DNA of 64,000 nucleotides from Nanobdellota archaeon (GTDB taxonomy: Archaea; Nanobdellota; Nanobdellia; Pacearchaeales; GW2011-AR1). Each line of letters opens with the position of its first letter. The stretch's first letter is position 1. The DNA lies in contig JBBSXO010000006.1 of the NCBI GenBank assembly GCA_038045705.1, positions 32,001-96,000 of the forward strand, read 5' to 3'. Positions 29,654 through 38,282 of this stretch are shown piece after piece. Under the pieces are notes generated by a model. That model saw only the letters and a program-made list of their open reading frames with translations, was not told the DNA's origin and made no database searches. Position numbers and translations under genes: made by a program.

Positions 29654-30264
29654 TCATCTATAATTATTCTCTTAAATAAGTCAAGGAATCTTAATACTAT
29701 CTCAAGACCAACTATAAATAAAAGAACATATCCAACAAAAATCATAAGCTGAGATATATTTTCAATAGCCTCACCAAACCTCACAAAGTCAAGTAATTTA
29801 TGGCTCAATAACGTTATAGCAAGTATTGTGAATGGTAAAAGTTTAGCTACTTCGGCAGATATTTCAGAATTATAATATGCAAGCAATCTAATTGAACCCA
29901 CAACTGCAGCAGATAAAACCAGAATTTGTTCTAGAGAGTTTACTTCAGAGAATAAAATTAAAACAAGTGCAAACAGCATATACCAGAATAAGACTAAAAA
30001 AGGCAAAATTACAATATATTCAATAAAGTAAAGAATCCCTGCAAACACCTTATTTAGAGTAGGATGGTCAAAAGAGTTATACTGTCCCAAATTAAGAGAG
30101 ATTATATCCTTTCTAGAAATCACTTTATGAACTTTCCATATGAATATGGAATAAATAAAGATCAGCAATGTGTAAACTGCCACATTAAAAATATTCTGAT
30201 AAATCTCTGGAAGAGAACCAATATAATTAATTAAATTACTAAAATAGTCTAATCCAATCACCAT
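29650..30264 (-). CDS. Membrane protein
   Basis: Multiple hydrophobic helices. Confidence 0.7.
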   Translation of the reverse strand: MVIGLDYFSNLINYIGSLPEIYQNIFNVAVYTLLIFIYSIFIWKVHKVISRKDIISLNLGQYNSFDHPTLNKVFAGILYFIEYIVILPFLVLFWYMLFALVLILFSEVNSLEQILVLSAAVVGSIRLLAYYNSEISAEVAKLLPFTILAITLLSHKLLDFVRFGEAIENISQLMIFVGYVLLFIVGLEIVLRFLDLFKRIIIDD

Positions 30265-30327
30265 TTAAACTTTAAGAATCAAGGATATTTAAAATGAGTC
30301 ATACAAAAACCATAAATACATCAAAAA

Positions 30328-31197
30328 TTGAAAATACCTATGACTATTCAGATAATTCTCTTTTACAAATTTGTAAGTCTTAATAATCTGGAATCTCTCA
30401 AAAAAAGACATTTAAATTTCTGCAACAATCTAAGTCTAAAAGGAAAAGTCTTGTTAGCAAAAGAGGGCATAAATGGTTCTATTTCAGGGACAAAAGAACA
30501 GATAGAACTGTATATACACGAGTTAAGAAAAGACTCTAGATTTTCGGATATTGAATTTAAAATAGAAGAGGGTATTATCAACCCCTTTGATAAAATGTTA
30601 GTAAGAGTAAGAAAAGAAATAATCAGGTTAGGAGAGGAAATTGACCTTACAAAAGTAGGCAAATATATTTCACCACAAGAATTTCTTGAATCTTACAAAG
30701 ACACAAATGTAGTAATAATTGATGCAAGAAATGAATATGAATCTAAAGTTGGAAAGTTTAAAGGAGCAATTATACCAAAAATTGAAACCTTTAGAGAATT
30801 TCCAGAATTTGTAAAAAATCTAAATATACCAAAAGATACAAAGATACTAACTTACTGCACAGGTGGAATTCGCTGCGAAAAAGCAAGTGCATACATGGTA
30901 AAAGAAGGTTTTACTAATGTAAGCCAATTACACGGAGGAATAATTAAATTCTGTCAAACTATTCCAAACACAGATGTCTGGGAAGGACAATGCTTTGTGT
31001 TTGACAATCGTCTTTCATCTCCAATAGGACAAGATAAAAAACAAATCAATAACTGTATACATTGTAACACACAATCAGACCTTTATAGAAACTGCAAAAT
31101 AAAAGTATGCAACAAACTCATATTTATTTGTAATAATTGCCGAAAAGACTTTCATGCTTGTTGTTCAGAAGATTGTATGAAGAAATTATTGAGGTAA
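30328..31197 (+). CDS. trhO: TrhO/YceA-family rhodanese-related tRNA hydroxylase
   Basis: FYKF, EGING, DARNEYE, YCTGGIRCEKAS and CFVFD.R motifs plus Cys-rich tail; likely start at ATG 30340. Confidence 0.88.
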   Translation: MKIPMTIQIILFYKFVSLNNLESLKKRHLNFCNNLSLKGKVLLAKEGINGSISGTKEQIELYIHELRKDSRFSDIEFKIEEGIINPFDKMLVRVRKEIIRLGEEIDLTKVGKYISPQEFLESYKDTNVVIIDARNEYESKVGKFKGAIIPKIETFREFPEFVKNLNIPKDTKILTYCTGGIRCEKASAYMVKEGFTNVSQLHGGIIKFCQTIPNTDVWEGQCFVFDNRLSSPIGQDKKQINNCIHCNTQSDLYRNCKIKVCNKLIFICNNCRKDFHACCSEDCMKKLLR

Positions 31198-31304
31198 ATC
31201 AGATTATTAGGAGATGCTGGATTTATCGATATTGTTAAGTTTAGAGGAATAAGATTAAATTAAAGATGTTACAAAAGTTAAAAGATATAATTGGAAAGTG
31301 GTCT

Positions 31305-31724
31305 CTAGGTTAATTCTTGATAAACCATCCATTCAGCATAACCAGGAAATTCTCTTTGATATCCAGCTTGTGCAGGATTAATTGATGGCCAGTTTATCCA
31401 AGGATTCATCCAACCATTAGAAGTCTTAAGTAACCAATGCCCTTCAGGATACTTTCTGCTTCTTCTAGAAAATGCTATTGTGCCTTCTCTTCCTAATATT
31501 GCTTTATCCCTAGCTGGAGCTACTCTCTTAAAAGTATAATTTATTCCATTCTTATTAAGTGCTTTAACTAAGTCTAGACAAGAATAACCAGAAGTATAGG
31601 ATTTTTCCAATCTTCCAGATAATTTTCTTGCTTCTTGGTATGTTATTCCTAGCTCAGAAGCAACACAAGCTAAGCCACATCCCATGCCTTCTTCTTGAGC
31701 CACTAGTCTATGTTTTCTCATCAA
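31305..31724 (-). CDS. Putative C39-like cysteine peptidase fold protein
   Basis: Q-x5-CGLAC near the N-terminus, then GHW and NPW. Confidence 0.55.
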   Translation of the reverse strand: MMRKHRLVAQEEGMGCGLACVASELGITYQEARKLSGRLEKSYTSGYSCLDLVKALNKNGINYTFKRVAPARDKAILGREGTIAFSRRSRKYPEGHWLLKTSNGWMNPWINWPSINPAQAGYQREFPGYAEWMVYQELT

Positions 31725-31857
31725 AACAATCTAATAAACTGGCTTAAAAACCTGTCGATATTTTTTTAATTTTATATTCGATAAAATAATAATTAAACCT
31801 TTGACAGTATCCTTTGTAAAACATTCATTCTAAAAATAAAAATTCATTCCCTTAAAA

Positions 31858-32163
31858 TCAAACACCATTATAGAATCTAGCAAAAACCCATCCCATTACA
31901 TAAAACATAACATAACTCTGTAACAATCCAATTAATATAGTCCAATCATAAAATGAAAAACCTATCGGATACTTAGCAATTATAAATGCAGTCTCAAAAT
32001 TACTAAACCAAACAAACAACCCGTAAAATACGAGAACAACCATTGCCATCATTCCCATAGCATGACCTAAAGCATAAGGCTTTAAGTCACCAGTTTTCAA
32101 ATGTTCAATGTGTTCTGAATGCACATGAGATTTAGAATGTTGATGCATCGACCCTCTTTTCAT
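31858..32163 (-). CDS. Small membrane protein with His-rich N-terminus
   Basis: HQHSKSHVHSEH followed by two hydrophobic helices. Confidence 0.65.
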   Translation of the reverse strand: MKRGSMHQHSKSHVHSEHIEHLKTGDLKPYALGHAMGMMAMVVLVFYGLFVWFSNFETAFIIAKYPIGFSFYDWTILIGLLQSYVMFYVMGWVFARFYNGV

Positions 32164-32248
32164 AAACAGTATAAATGAGGATTATATTTAAATCTTACTT
32201 TAGCAAGATTTAATGTATTAATTTGATTTACATAGATATAAACTTTAT

Positions 32249-32857
32249 TTAGAAGTGTTCAGAATAATCATCTCTAAATAGGTTTTGATTTAAATAACGA
32301 ACATCAATATTTCCCAAGTAATTATCTGCTTGATCAGCTACCTCGTTAAGTTTTGCGAATTCCTCTAAATCTTTAGGAATTTTATTATCAAAAATACCAA
32401 GTAATCCAAAAAAACCAATCGTAAATATTGGTAATCCAGTAGATATTGCTACCATACCAGCACAAGTCTCACCACTACCTCCAAAAAATCCTCCTCCAAG
32501 CATAGACATAGTTCCTACAGTTGCTAAGATTTTATCGGATAATTTGACTACCGGTCTTTTTCTTTCTCTATCATACGCTTCTCTAACTGTGGAATATTCA
32601 AGCTTTCTTGAGTTGAAATTTCTACCACTAGCAAAAGTGAGAACATCTAATAGTTTTTCAGGCACACTTCCTACTTTTTCAGGATCTTCAGGATCTAATT
32701 CCGATAGAGGCATTTGTCTAGTCTCTTGGGTATAAGGAGGAAAAGGTCTTTTTATATCATAAAATGAAGGAATCACTACACGCGCTAATTTAGCCTCACC
32801 TCTTAGTGTCTTTTGATAGAGATGTTTGGCATTTGTTGTTATTGGTACTTTTGTCAT
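32249..32857 (-). CDS. Hypothetical membrane protein
   Basis: 202-aa ORF with a central hydrophobic hairpin. Confidence 0.6.
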   Translation of the reverse strand: MTKVPITTNAKHLYQKTLRGEAKLARVVIPSFYDIKRPFPPYTQETRQMPLSELDPEDPEKVGSVPEKLLDVLTFASGRNFNSRKLEYSTVREAYDRERKRPVVKLSDKILATVGTMSMLGGGFFGGSGETCAGMVAISTGLPIFTIGFFGLLGIFDNKIPKDLEEFAKLNEVADQADNYLGNIDVRYLNQNLFRDDYSEHF

Positions 32858-32914
32858 AATTGAAACTCTAAATTTCTGTTTATAAACCTTTGTAATGTAA
32901 CTACTAAAGAGTTA

Positions 32915-33325
32915 TCACTTAACAATCAGATTCCCTTTCATTCCGTTAGCTCTATGCTTTCCAACGCTACAATAATACTCAAATGTACCTTTTTTATCCG
33001 CAATAAACTCAACAAAAGTAGAATCATCTGTTTCTCTAACTTGTTTAGTTGTCGCATTAAACTCATCTACTACCCAATCATGAAAACCCTTAGTGCTTGT
33101 AAATTCAATTCTTACTTTATCTCCACGATTAACCTCTATATCTGGATTATCAACACCATCAATCATAAATTTAAAATTCTCTCCAGTAATTACAAATTTT
33201 TTAACTTCAGAGTTGCCTTCTGAAATTACATTACCAGTTACTCCAGAGTTAGAATTAATCGCAAGAAAAATGATAAGAGACCCAAGTGCTATCAGAATAA
33301 TCGATGCAATTAGTAACTTTTTCAT
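32915..33325 (-). CDS. Cupredoxin domain protein
   Basis: Signal anchor, H ligand and YYCSVGKHRANGM type-1 copper ligand loop. Confidence 0.9.
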   Translation of the reverse strand: MKKLLIASIILIALGSLIIFLAINSNSGVTGNVISEGNSEVKKFVITGENFKFMIDGVDNPDIEVNRGDKVRIEFTSTKGFHDWVVDEFNATTKQVRETDDSTFVEFIADKKGTFEYYCSVGKHRANGMKGNLIVK

Positions 33326-33511
33326 ACTTTATGTTATAAGTCATGTTTTATAAATTTAAGTCTTTTAGAAAATATATAAAAATAGTTCAAATAAGTAAGA
33401 CTTAAGCCCACAAATATCAATTCGCAATGTTTGAAGCTTGTCCTCTACAAGTGAAAGCCAATGAATATAAATTCACAAGGTTTAAAAACAAATTCCATGT
33501 CAAAGTTTTAA

Positions 33512-33583
33512 GCTCGTCTAGTATATCGGTTAGTACATGGCCCTGTCGCGGCCAAGAGCCGGGTTCGATTCCCGGGACGGGCG
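33512..33583 (+). tRNA. tRNA-Asp(GTC), integration target
   Basis: GCTCGTC/GACGGGC acceptor stem, TGGCC-CTGTCGC-GGCCA anticodon arm, CCGGG-TTCGATT-CCCGG T arm, discriminator G. Confidence 0.96.
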
Positions 33584-33584
33584 T
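33572..33584 (+). repeat. attL core (13 bp CCGGGACGGGCGT)
   Basis: tRNA 3' end, identical to 63240-63252. Confidence 0.9.
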
Positions 33585-33586
33585 TA

Positions 33587-33633
33587 CCCCATCTTGCGAT
33601 TTTAATGAGATGGAATATACAAGTTTTATACAA
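33587..33633 (+). repeat. Left terminal imperfect inverted repeat
   Basis: TACAAGTTTTATACAA (33618-33633) is the exact reverse complement of 63185-63200; CCCCATCTTGCGATT (33587-33601) matches the reverse complement of 63219-63233 at 13/15. Confidence 0.85.
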
Positions 33634-33666
33634 GCCGTTTAAAAAAATGGTTTGAGGTAAAACAAC

Positions 33667-34839
33667 GTGAAACTTGATCCGTATAAACATAAAGAAAGAT
33701 ACATAGCTTGGAAGAATAAAATAGGTTCGGTTATTCCAGATATTACTATTCAAAATTCCCAGATAATTTTACAATATCTAAACGATATGGAAAGGGGTTT
33801 AAATGTCTCCATATTAAGCCAAAAAGGTCCGAGAAGTTATATTCGCCTTAATTCTTTAAGAGAAAAAATTATAGGATATGCAAAAAAGTTTAATGAATTA
33901 TATAATTTAGAAACAATTACAGATATCTCTGAAGACCAGTTACTTAATTTCTTTGCAGATATGAGAGATGGAGTTATTAAAAGAAAAGATGGTAAGGAGT
34001 ATCAATCTGTGGATACTTCTGCGCGTATATTCAAAGCATTCTGGCATTGGCATCAAAAAGTAAGCAGAAAAAAAGGGATTGAGATAAAAGATATTACCTT
34101 AGATCTAGATACAAAAGCAAAGAAACCTGATTGGGTTTACCTTACTGAAAAAGAGGTCAGGGTATTATGCGATAATGCTAAACCAGACTACAAGGCACTT
34201 ATAATGTTTCTTTTTGATACTGGAATTAGATCTCCTACAGAACTAATGAATGTTAAATTATCTGATTTATTTAATGATTGTAAAGAAGTTAATATTCGCG
34301 AAGAAACGAGTAAAACATTTGGGAGAAGAGTAAAATTAATGCTATGCTCCGATGCTATACGGGATTATATTGAAAGAAATGGGCTAAAAACCGATGATTA
34401 TTTATTTCCTATAACGCCTGCAAGAGTTAATGAATACTTGAAGAGACTTGCTAAAAGAATTTTTGGAGAAAAAATAACCCCTGCAGGTGCAAAATATTCT
34501 GAAATTACAATGTATGATTTTAGGCACATAGCATGTTGCTATTGGTTACCACGATATAAGTCAGAATCAGCCCTCAAATATAGATTTGGATGGAGAGATA
34601 GTGAGAAAATCCATTATTATTCAGAATTATTGGGTATGAGTGATACTATCTCTGAAGAAGACATGCTTTTAGATGTTACAAAGACTGAGATTGAAAAGAG
34701 TCTAAAAAAATCAGATCAAGAAAAAGAAATACTAAGTGACAGAGTAAGATCGCTAGAAAAAGAAATATCTGAGATGAAGAAAATATCTTTAGAACTTATA
34801 AGAGTCTCAACACCTAAGAATCAATATTTACTATCTTGA
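33667..34839 (+). CDS. Tyrosine recombinase/integrase
   Basis: DTGIRSP (R), ETSKT (K), YDFRH, FGW and HYY catalytic residues; C-terminal coiled coil; starts 83 bp after attL. Confidence 0.92.
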   Translation: MKLDPYKHKERYIAWKNKIGSVIPDITIQNSQIILQYLNDMERGLNVSILSQKGPRSYIRLNSLREKIIGYAKKFNELYNLETITDISEDQLLNFFADMRDGVIKRKDGKEYQSVDTSARIFKAFWHWHQKVSRKKGIEIKDITLDLDTKAKKPDWVYLTEKEVRVLCDNAKPDYKALIMFLFDTGIRSPTELMNVKLSDLFNDCKEVNIREETSKTFGRRVKLMLCSDAIRDYIERNGLKTDDYLFPITPARVNEYLKRLAKRIFGEKITPAGAKYSEITMYDFRHIACCYWLPRYKSESALKYRFGWRDSEKIHYYSELLGMSDTISEEDMLLDVTKTEIEKSLKKSDQEKEILSDRVRSLEKEISEMKKISLELIRVSTPKNQYLLS

Positions 34840-35041
34840 CTTTTTGTTTTGTATTAAGAATAGTATCAATTTTTTTATCCATTTCTAAAATAGTTAATTC
34901 TATTTTATTTAATTGAGGTATCTCTTTTATCTTCCTCCTACAAATTTCTGAGACAGATACTTTATTTTCTTCAGCAATTTTCTTCAATTTATCCAGCAAA
35001 TCAGTTTCAAGGTATAAATGAAGTTGAGAATTCTTTTTCAT
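34814..35041 (-). CDS. Ribbon-helix-helix/CopG-like DNA-binding protein
   Basis: QLHLYLETDLLDKLKKIAEENKVSVSEICR pattern. Confidence 0.7.
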   Translation of the reverse strand: MKKNSQLHLYLETDLLDKLKKIAEENKVSVSEICRRKIKEIPQLNKIELTILEMDKKIDTILNTKQKVKIVNIDS

Positions 35042-35109
35042 TAGAATGTTTATCTATCTTTTTCTTTTCAAGATAAGCAATGAGATATTTCATCTTTAGA
35101 ATAATCTCT

Positions 35110-35685
35110 TCAGTGGTTAGTTCTTCCTCTAGAGTCATTATTAAATTTCTTGGTCTCATTGCCCCAGCAGTCCCAACCGCTAAAAGTTTCTCTTGCAAAT
35201 AATTCTATTCTAGGTAAATCTCCAAGTAATTCTACAATATTATTTCTTATTTGATCTGGTTTTCTACTATGCTCTCTTAATGGAGAAAGAACAACTTGTC
35301 TAACTCTATTAGATTTTCTGATTAATTTTCCTTTTAATCCTAATAAACATATTTCTGTATTTGCTCGAGTCCAATTACCAAGACCCATAAATGGAAGCCC
35401 ATCACGTTTATTGGTTTTAACCCAAGTAAATGCTACTGTAACATATCTAAAACCCCATTTCTTCAAAGTTTCAATACATTCAGATAAAATTGGGTAAGTT
35501 GCCCATAAGAAAAGAGCACAGTTTTCATCAGTGATCTGTTGAATTGGGAATTTCTGAATATCTTTAATTGGAACACAAGGATACTTTTTTGTCGCATTTG
35601 TTGTACTGTATTTCCAGGGAGGATCTGCATAGATAATATTGTATTTTTTATTAATATCTAACTTCCATAAAAAATCTTTTTTCAT
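35110..35685 (-). CDS. MT-A70 family adenine methyltransferase
   Basis: IYADPPW, LFLWAT, WVKTN, EHSRKP and RIELFAR motifs. Confidence 0.93.
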   Translation of the reverse strand: MKKDFLWKLDINKKYNIIYADPPWKYSTTNATKKYPCVPIKDIQKFPIQQITDENCALFLWATYPILSECIETLKKWGFRYVTVAFTWVKTNKRDGLPFMGLGNWTRANTEICLLGLKGKLIRKSNRVRQVVLSPLREHSRKPDQIRNNIVELLGDLPRIELFARETFSGWDCWGNETKKFNNDSRGRTNH

Positions 35686-35720
35686 GAAAAGAATCTGTAA
35701 AAAGTCATTATAAAAAATCG

Positions 35721-35780
35721 GGGACTAACTGGGCGTCTATCTGGTCGACTACTTAGATGTCCATTTAGTCGACTAAATGG
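35721..35780. repeat. Five degenerate 12-bp tandem repeats containing a perfect 20-bp palindrome
   Basis: gggactaactgg|gcgtctatctgg|tcgactacttag|atgtccatttag|tcgactaaatgg; CCATTTAGTCGACTAAATGG at 35761-35780 is self-complementary. Confidence 0.75.
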
Positions 35781-35820
35781 TCTCCGATTGCCTATAAACA
35801 ATTTAGATCACAGCACAGAC

Positions 35821-36003
35821 ATGAAATTTTGCATTGTATGCGAAGCTGAAACTAAAGAAAGAGAGTTTTGCGAAAATTGTTTGACTTTCATAAAATGGAA
35901 GTACGAAAATAATTTTGAGGAACAGTTAGAAAGATTTCGTAAGCTGAAAGCCTACCTCGAAGATTGGCGTAACCAATCAACTGAAAAGGAGGTGGAAGAA
36001 TGA
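35821..36003 (+). CDS. Small zinc-finger protein, first gene of the transfer-like operon
   Basis: MKFCIVC...FCENC; ATGA overlap with the pilin gene; ATG 35821 preferred to the track TTG. Confidence 0.65.
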   Translation: MKFCIVCEAETKEREFCENCLTFIKWKYENNFEEQLERFRKLKAYLEDWRNQSTEKEVEE

Positions 36004-36329
36004 AGGTACAAAAACTTGTTAGCCTTTTACTTGTTGCATATATTTTTGCTTTGCAGATTGTTAGTGCTCAGTTTAATGGGACAATAACTCAGGAAGAACA
36101 GGAGACATTTGATACTATACTTGAACCAGTATTAAAAATATACAATTTAGTAAAGTATTCTGCGACTTTTATTGCAGTAATAATGCTTGTATTTGCTGGT
36201 ATAAGCTACATAACTAGTGGATCAAATCCTACAAAACGTGAAAGTTCCAAGAATACTATAATGTATGTGTTTATTGGACTTGCAATAATTTGGGCAGCAC
36301 CTTGGTTTGTGCAGTTTATAGTTAACTGA
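36000..36329 (+). CDS. VirB2/TrbC-like pilin
   Basis: Signal peptide, two hydrophobic helices around AGISYITSGSNPTKRESSK; AGGAGGTG Shine-Dalgarno at 35987-35994. Confidence 0.8.
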   Translation: MKVQKLVSLLLVAYIFALQIVSAQFNGTITQEEQETFDTILEPVLKIYNLVKYSATFIAVIMLVFAGISYITSGSNPTKRESSKNTIMYVFIGLAIIWAAPWFVQFIVN

Positions 36330-36331
36330 TT

Positions 36332-36733
36332 ATGAAAACTAAATTAACTAAAGCAGTAGGTACTCTTGCAATAGTATTTATGATTCTATTTTTGCTGTTG
36401 CAAGAGGCAACTGCCTGCCCATCGCGTTTGAGATGCTCTAATTTTACTAATATGGATAAAAGAAATGATTGCAACTATATTTGGTCTCAAACATCAGGTG
36501 CTGAAAGACAAGAGGCAGTATGTATTTTATGGGACCAAGAGTATGGATTTCCTGGATACAACCATTCCGTTTATCCTAATGCGGAATCCAATTTTACGTT
36601 TTCTCATAAAGAAATAGAAACAAGTAGATTTATTTTGTTTTTCAAAATAATTATATTTCTGTTATTTAATTATATCTTGTTTTCCATTCTAACTAAGACT
36701 TCATTCGTTAGAAGATGCCTTCCTGCGGGTTAG
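36332..36733 (+). CDS. Cys-containing membrane-anchored protein in the transfer-like operon
   Basis: N-terminal signal, four Cys in the ectodomain, C-terminal transmembrane helix. Confidence 0.65.
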   Translation: MKTKLTKAVGTLAIVFMILFLLLQEATACPSRLRCSNFTNMDKRNDCNYIWSQTSGAERQEAVCILWDQEYGFPGYNHSVYPNAESNFTFSHKEIETSRFILFFKIIIFLLFNYILFSILTKTSFVRRCLPAG

Positions 36734-37524
36734 TTAATCTTGGAGCTTGTCTCCCAGAGATGTTTTTTAATTTTATTTTTAATTTAATTAATGCTCCTGT
36801 TCAACCCTTCTTACAAGTAGTTCTTAATTTGCTCTCTGCAGAAGCTCATTTTTCTATCTTCCTTAGTTTATGGGTAATCATTGTTTATATGTTATCAATG
36901 TTTTACGCATTGCTTATCGTTGGAGTGGGTTTTAGTTTCCTTATCTCTGGCTATGACTTTGAGAAAAGAGAACAGACAAAGGAATGGTTGAGAAACATAA
37001 TAATTATGATAATCTTAATCCAATCCTCATTCTTTATCTACGGGTTAATTATGGATTTAGCTTCCACGATGACTTCTGCAGTTTTAAGTATTGTAAGCCC
37101 TAATTTCTTCAGTTTACAAGTTAGTAGCAGTCTTGGTTTGGGTTTAGCAATAACTTTACTCTTTGTTTATGTAATTACTTTAATTGTTACCATAATTGTC
37201 TTAACTCTAAGATATGCAATAGTTGCAATAGGAGTAGTTTTATTGCCTATTGGAATTTTCTTCTACTTTCTTTCACCGCTAAGATCTTTTGGTTCATTAA
37301 TCTTAAACATATTAGGAATGGCTATATTTATCACATTTTTTGATGCACTTTTACTCATAGGATTTTCTTCATTAATGAATGTTGAAATATTTGATCAGTT
37401 TCAAATTGTAATTTTAATAACTGCATTTTTGCTAATTGACATCTTAATGGTTGTTCTGTTATTTTTCGCAATAACTAAAGCTGCATTTGGAATTTATGAT
37501 AAATTTAGCAGGTGGAAGAAATAA
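36715..37524 (+). CDS. VirB6-like polytopic membrane protein
   Basis: About six hydrophobic helices; LRYAIVAIGVVLLPIGIFFY resembles the VirB6/TrbL core; lies between pilin and VirB4. Confidence 0.65.
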   Translation: MPSCGLVNLGACLPEMFFNFIFNLINAPVQPFLQVVLNLLSAEAHFSIFLSLWVIIVYMLSMFYALLIVGVGFSFLISGYDFEKREQTKEWLRNIIIMIILIQSSFFIYGLIMDLASTMTSAVLSIVSPNFFSLQVSSSLGLGLAITLLFVYVITLIVTIIVLTLRYAIVAIGVVLLPIGIFFYFLSPLRSFGSLILNILGMAIFITFFDALLLIGFSSLMNVEIFDQFQIVILITAFLLIDILMVVLLFFAITKAAFGIYDKFSRWKK

Positions 37525-38282
37525 TGGCTTATGAAATACCTCAACAACTAGAATACAAAGAGAAAATAATGTTTGGGTTAAATTTTAAGCAATTAGCTTA
37601 TCTTTTTATTTTTGCACCAATTCTATTTGTTATTTTTTTTAAGACTGCCTGGCATAATGCAATAAAGATATTTTTTATGTCAATTTTTGGAGGTTTAGCT
37701 ATAGGGTTTATCTTTCTTGATTTAGATAAACATCTTCAAAATTGGTTTTACTGGTATAAATCAAAGAAGTTAGAGTTAGATCATAAATTAGCCTTATTCA
37801 TACCAATAAAAGAAGTAAAAGATAGTTTGGTTATAACTAGGGATAATAGGAAACTAGCAATTATCAAGATTACTCCTATTAATTTCTCAATTAAACATGA
37901 AGAGTCTAAGAATGCAATATCAATAGCATTTCAGAAATTTCTCAATGGTTTAGATTTTCCTATACAGATTATAATGAATACTGAACACCTTGATCTACGA
38001 GATTATTTTGCAGAAGTTGAAAGAAAGATAAAAGACTCCAAACAATTTAGATATTTGTTTGAAGGTTACAAGAGACATCTAGAGTCAATAACTAAAGAAA
38101 AAGATGTGATGAATAGGGTTTTTTATCTAGTTCTTACAGAAAGAACTGATATTAATATACAATTACAGATTTGTCAGACAAAATTATCTAATATTGGTTT
38201 AAAGAGTTTGAGACTAAAAGATAATGAATTAAAAGAATTGCTTAGAAGATTTTTCTTAGCAAGGAGAAATCATGCTAAGTAA
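37524..38282 (+). CDS. PrgI/VirB3-like protein with soluble C-terminal extension
   Basis: AYEIPQQLEYKEKIMFGLNFKQL PrgI-like start, two helices, then PINF...LNGLDFPIQI. Confidence 0.7.
   Translation: MAYEIPQQLEYKEKIMFGLNFKQLAYLFIFAPILFVIFFKTAWHNAIKIFFMSIFGGLAIGFIFLDLDKHLQNWFYWYKSKKLELDHKLALFIPIKEVKDSLVITRDNRKLAIIKITPINFSIKHEESKNAISIAFQKFLNGLDFPIQIIMNTEHLDLRDYFAEVERKIKDSKQFRYLFEGYKRHLESITKEKDVMNRVFYLVLTERTDINIQLQICQTKLSNIGLKSLRLKDNELKELLRRFFLARRNHAK

Noticed and set aside
33427-33753. Track ORFs 33427-33642 (+) and 33508-33753 (-)
   Set aside because: They overlap tRNA-Asp and the integrase start; no protein-like features
35721-35780. Possible CRISPR array
   Set aside because: Units are 12 bp, degenerate and without spacers; no cas genes seen
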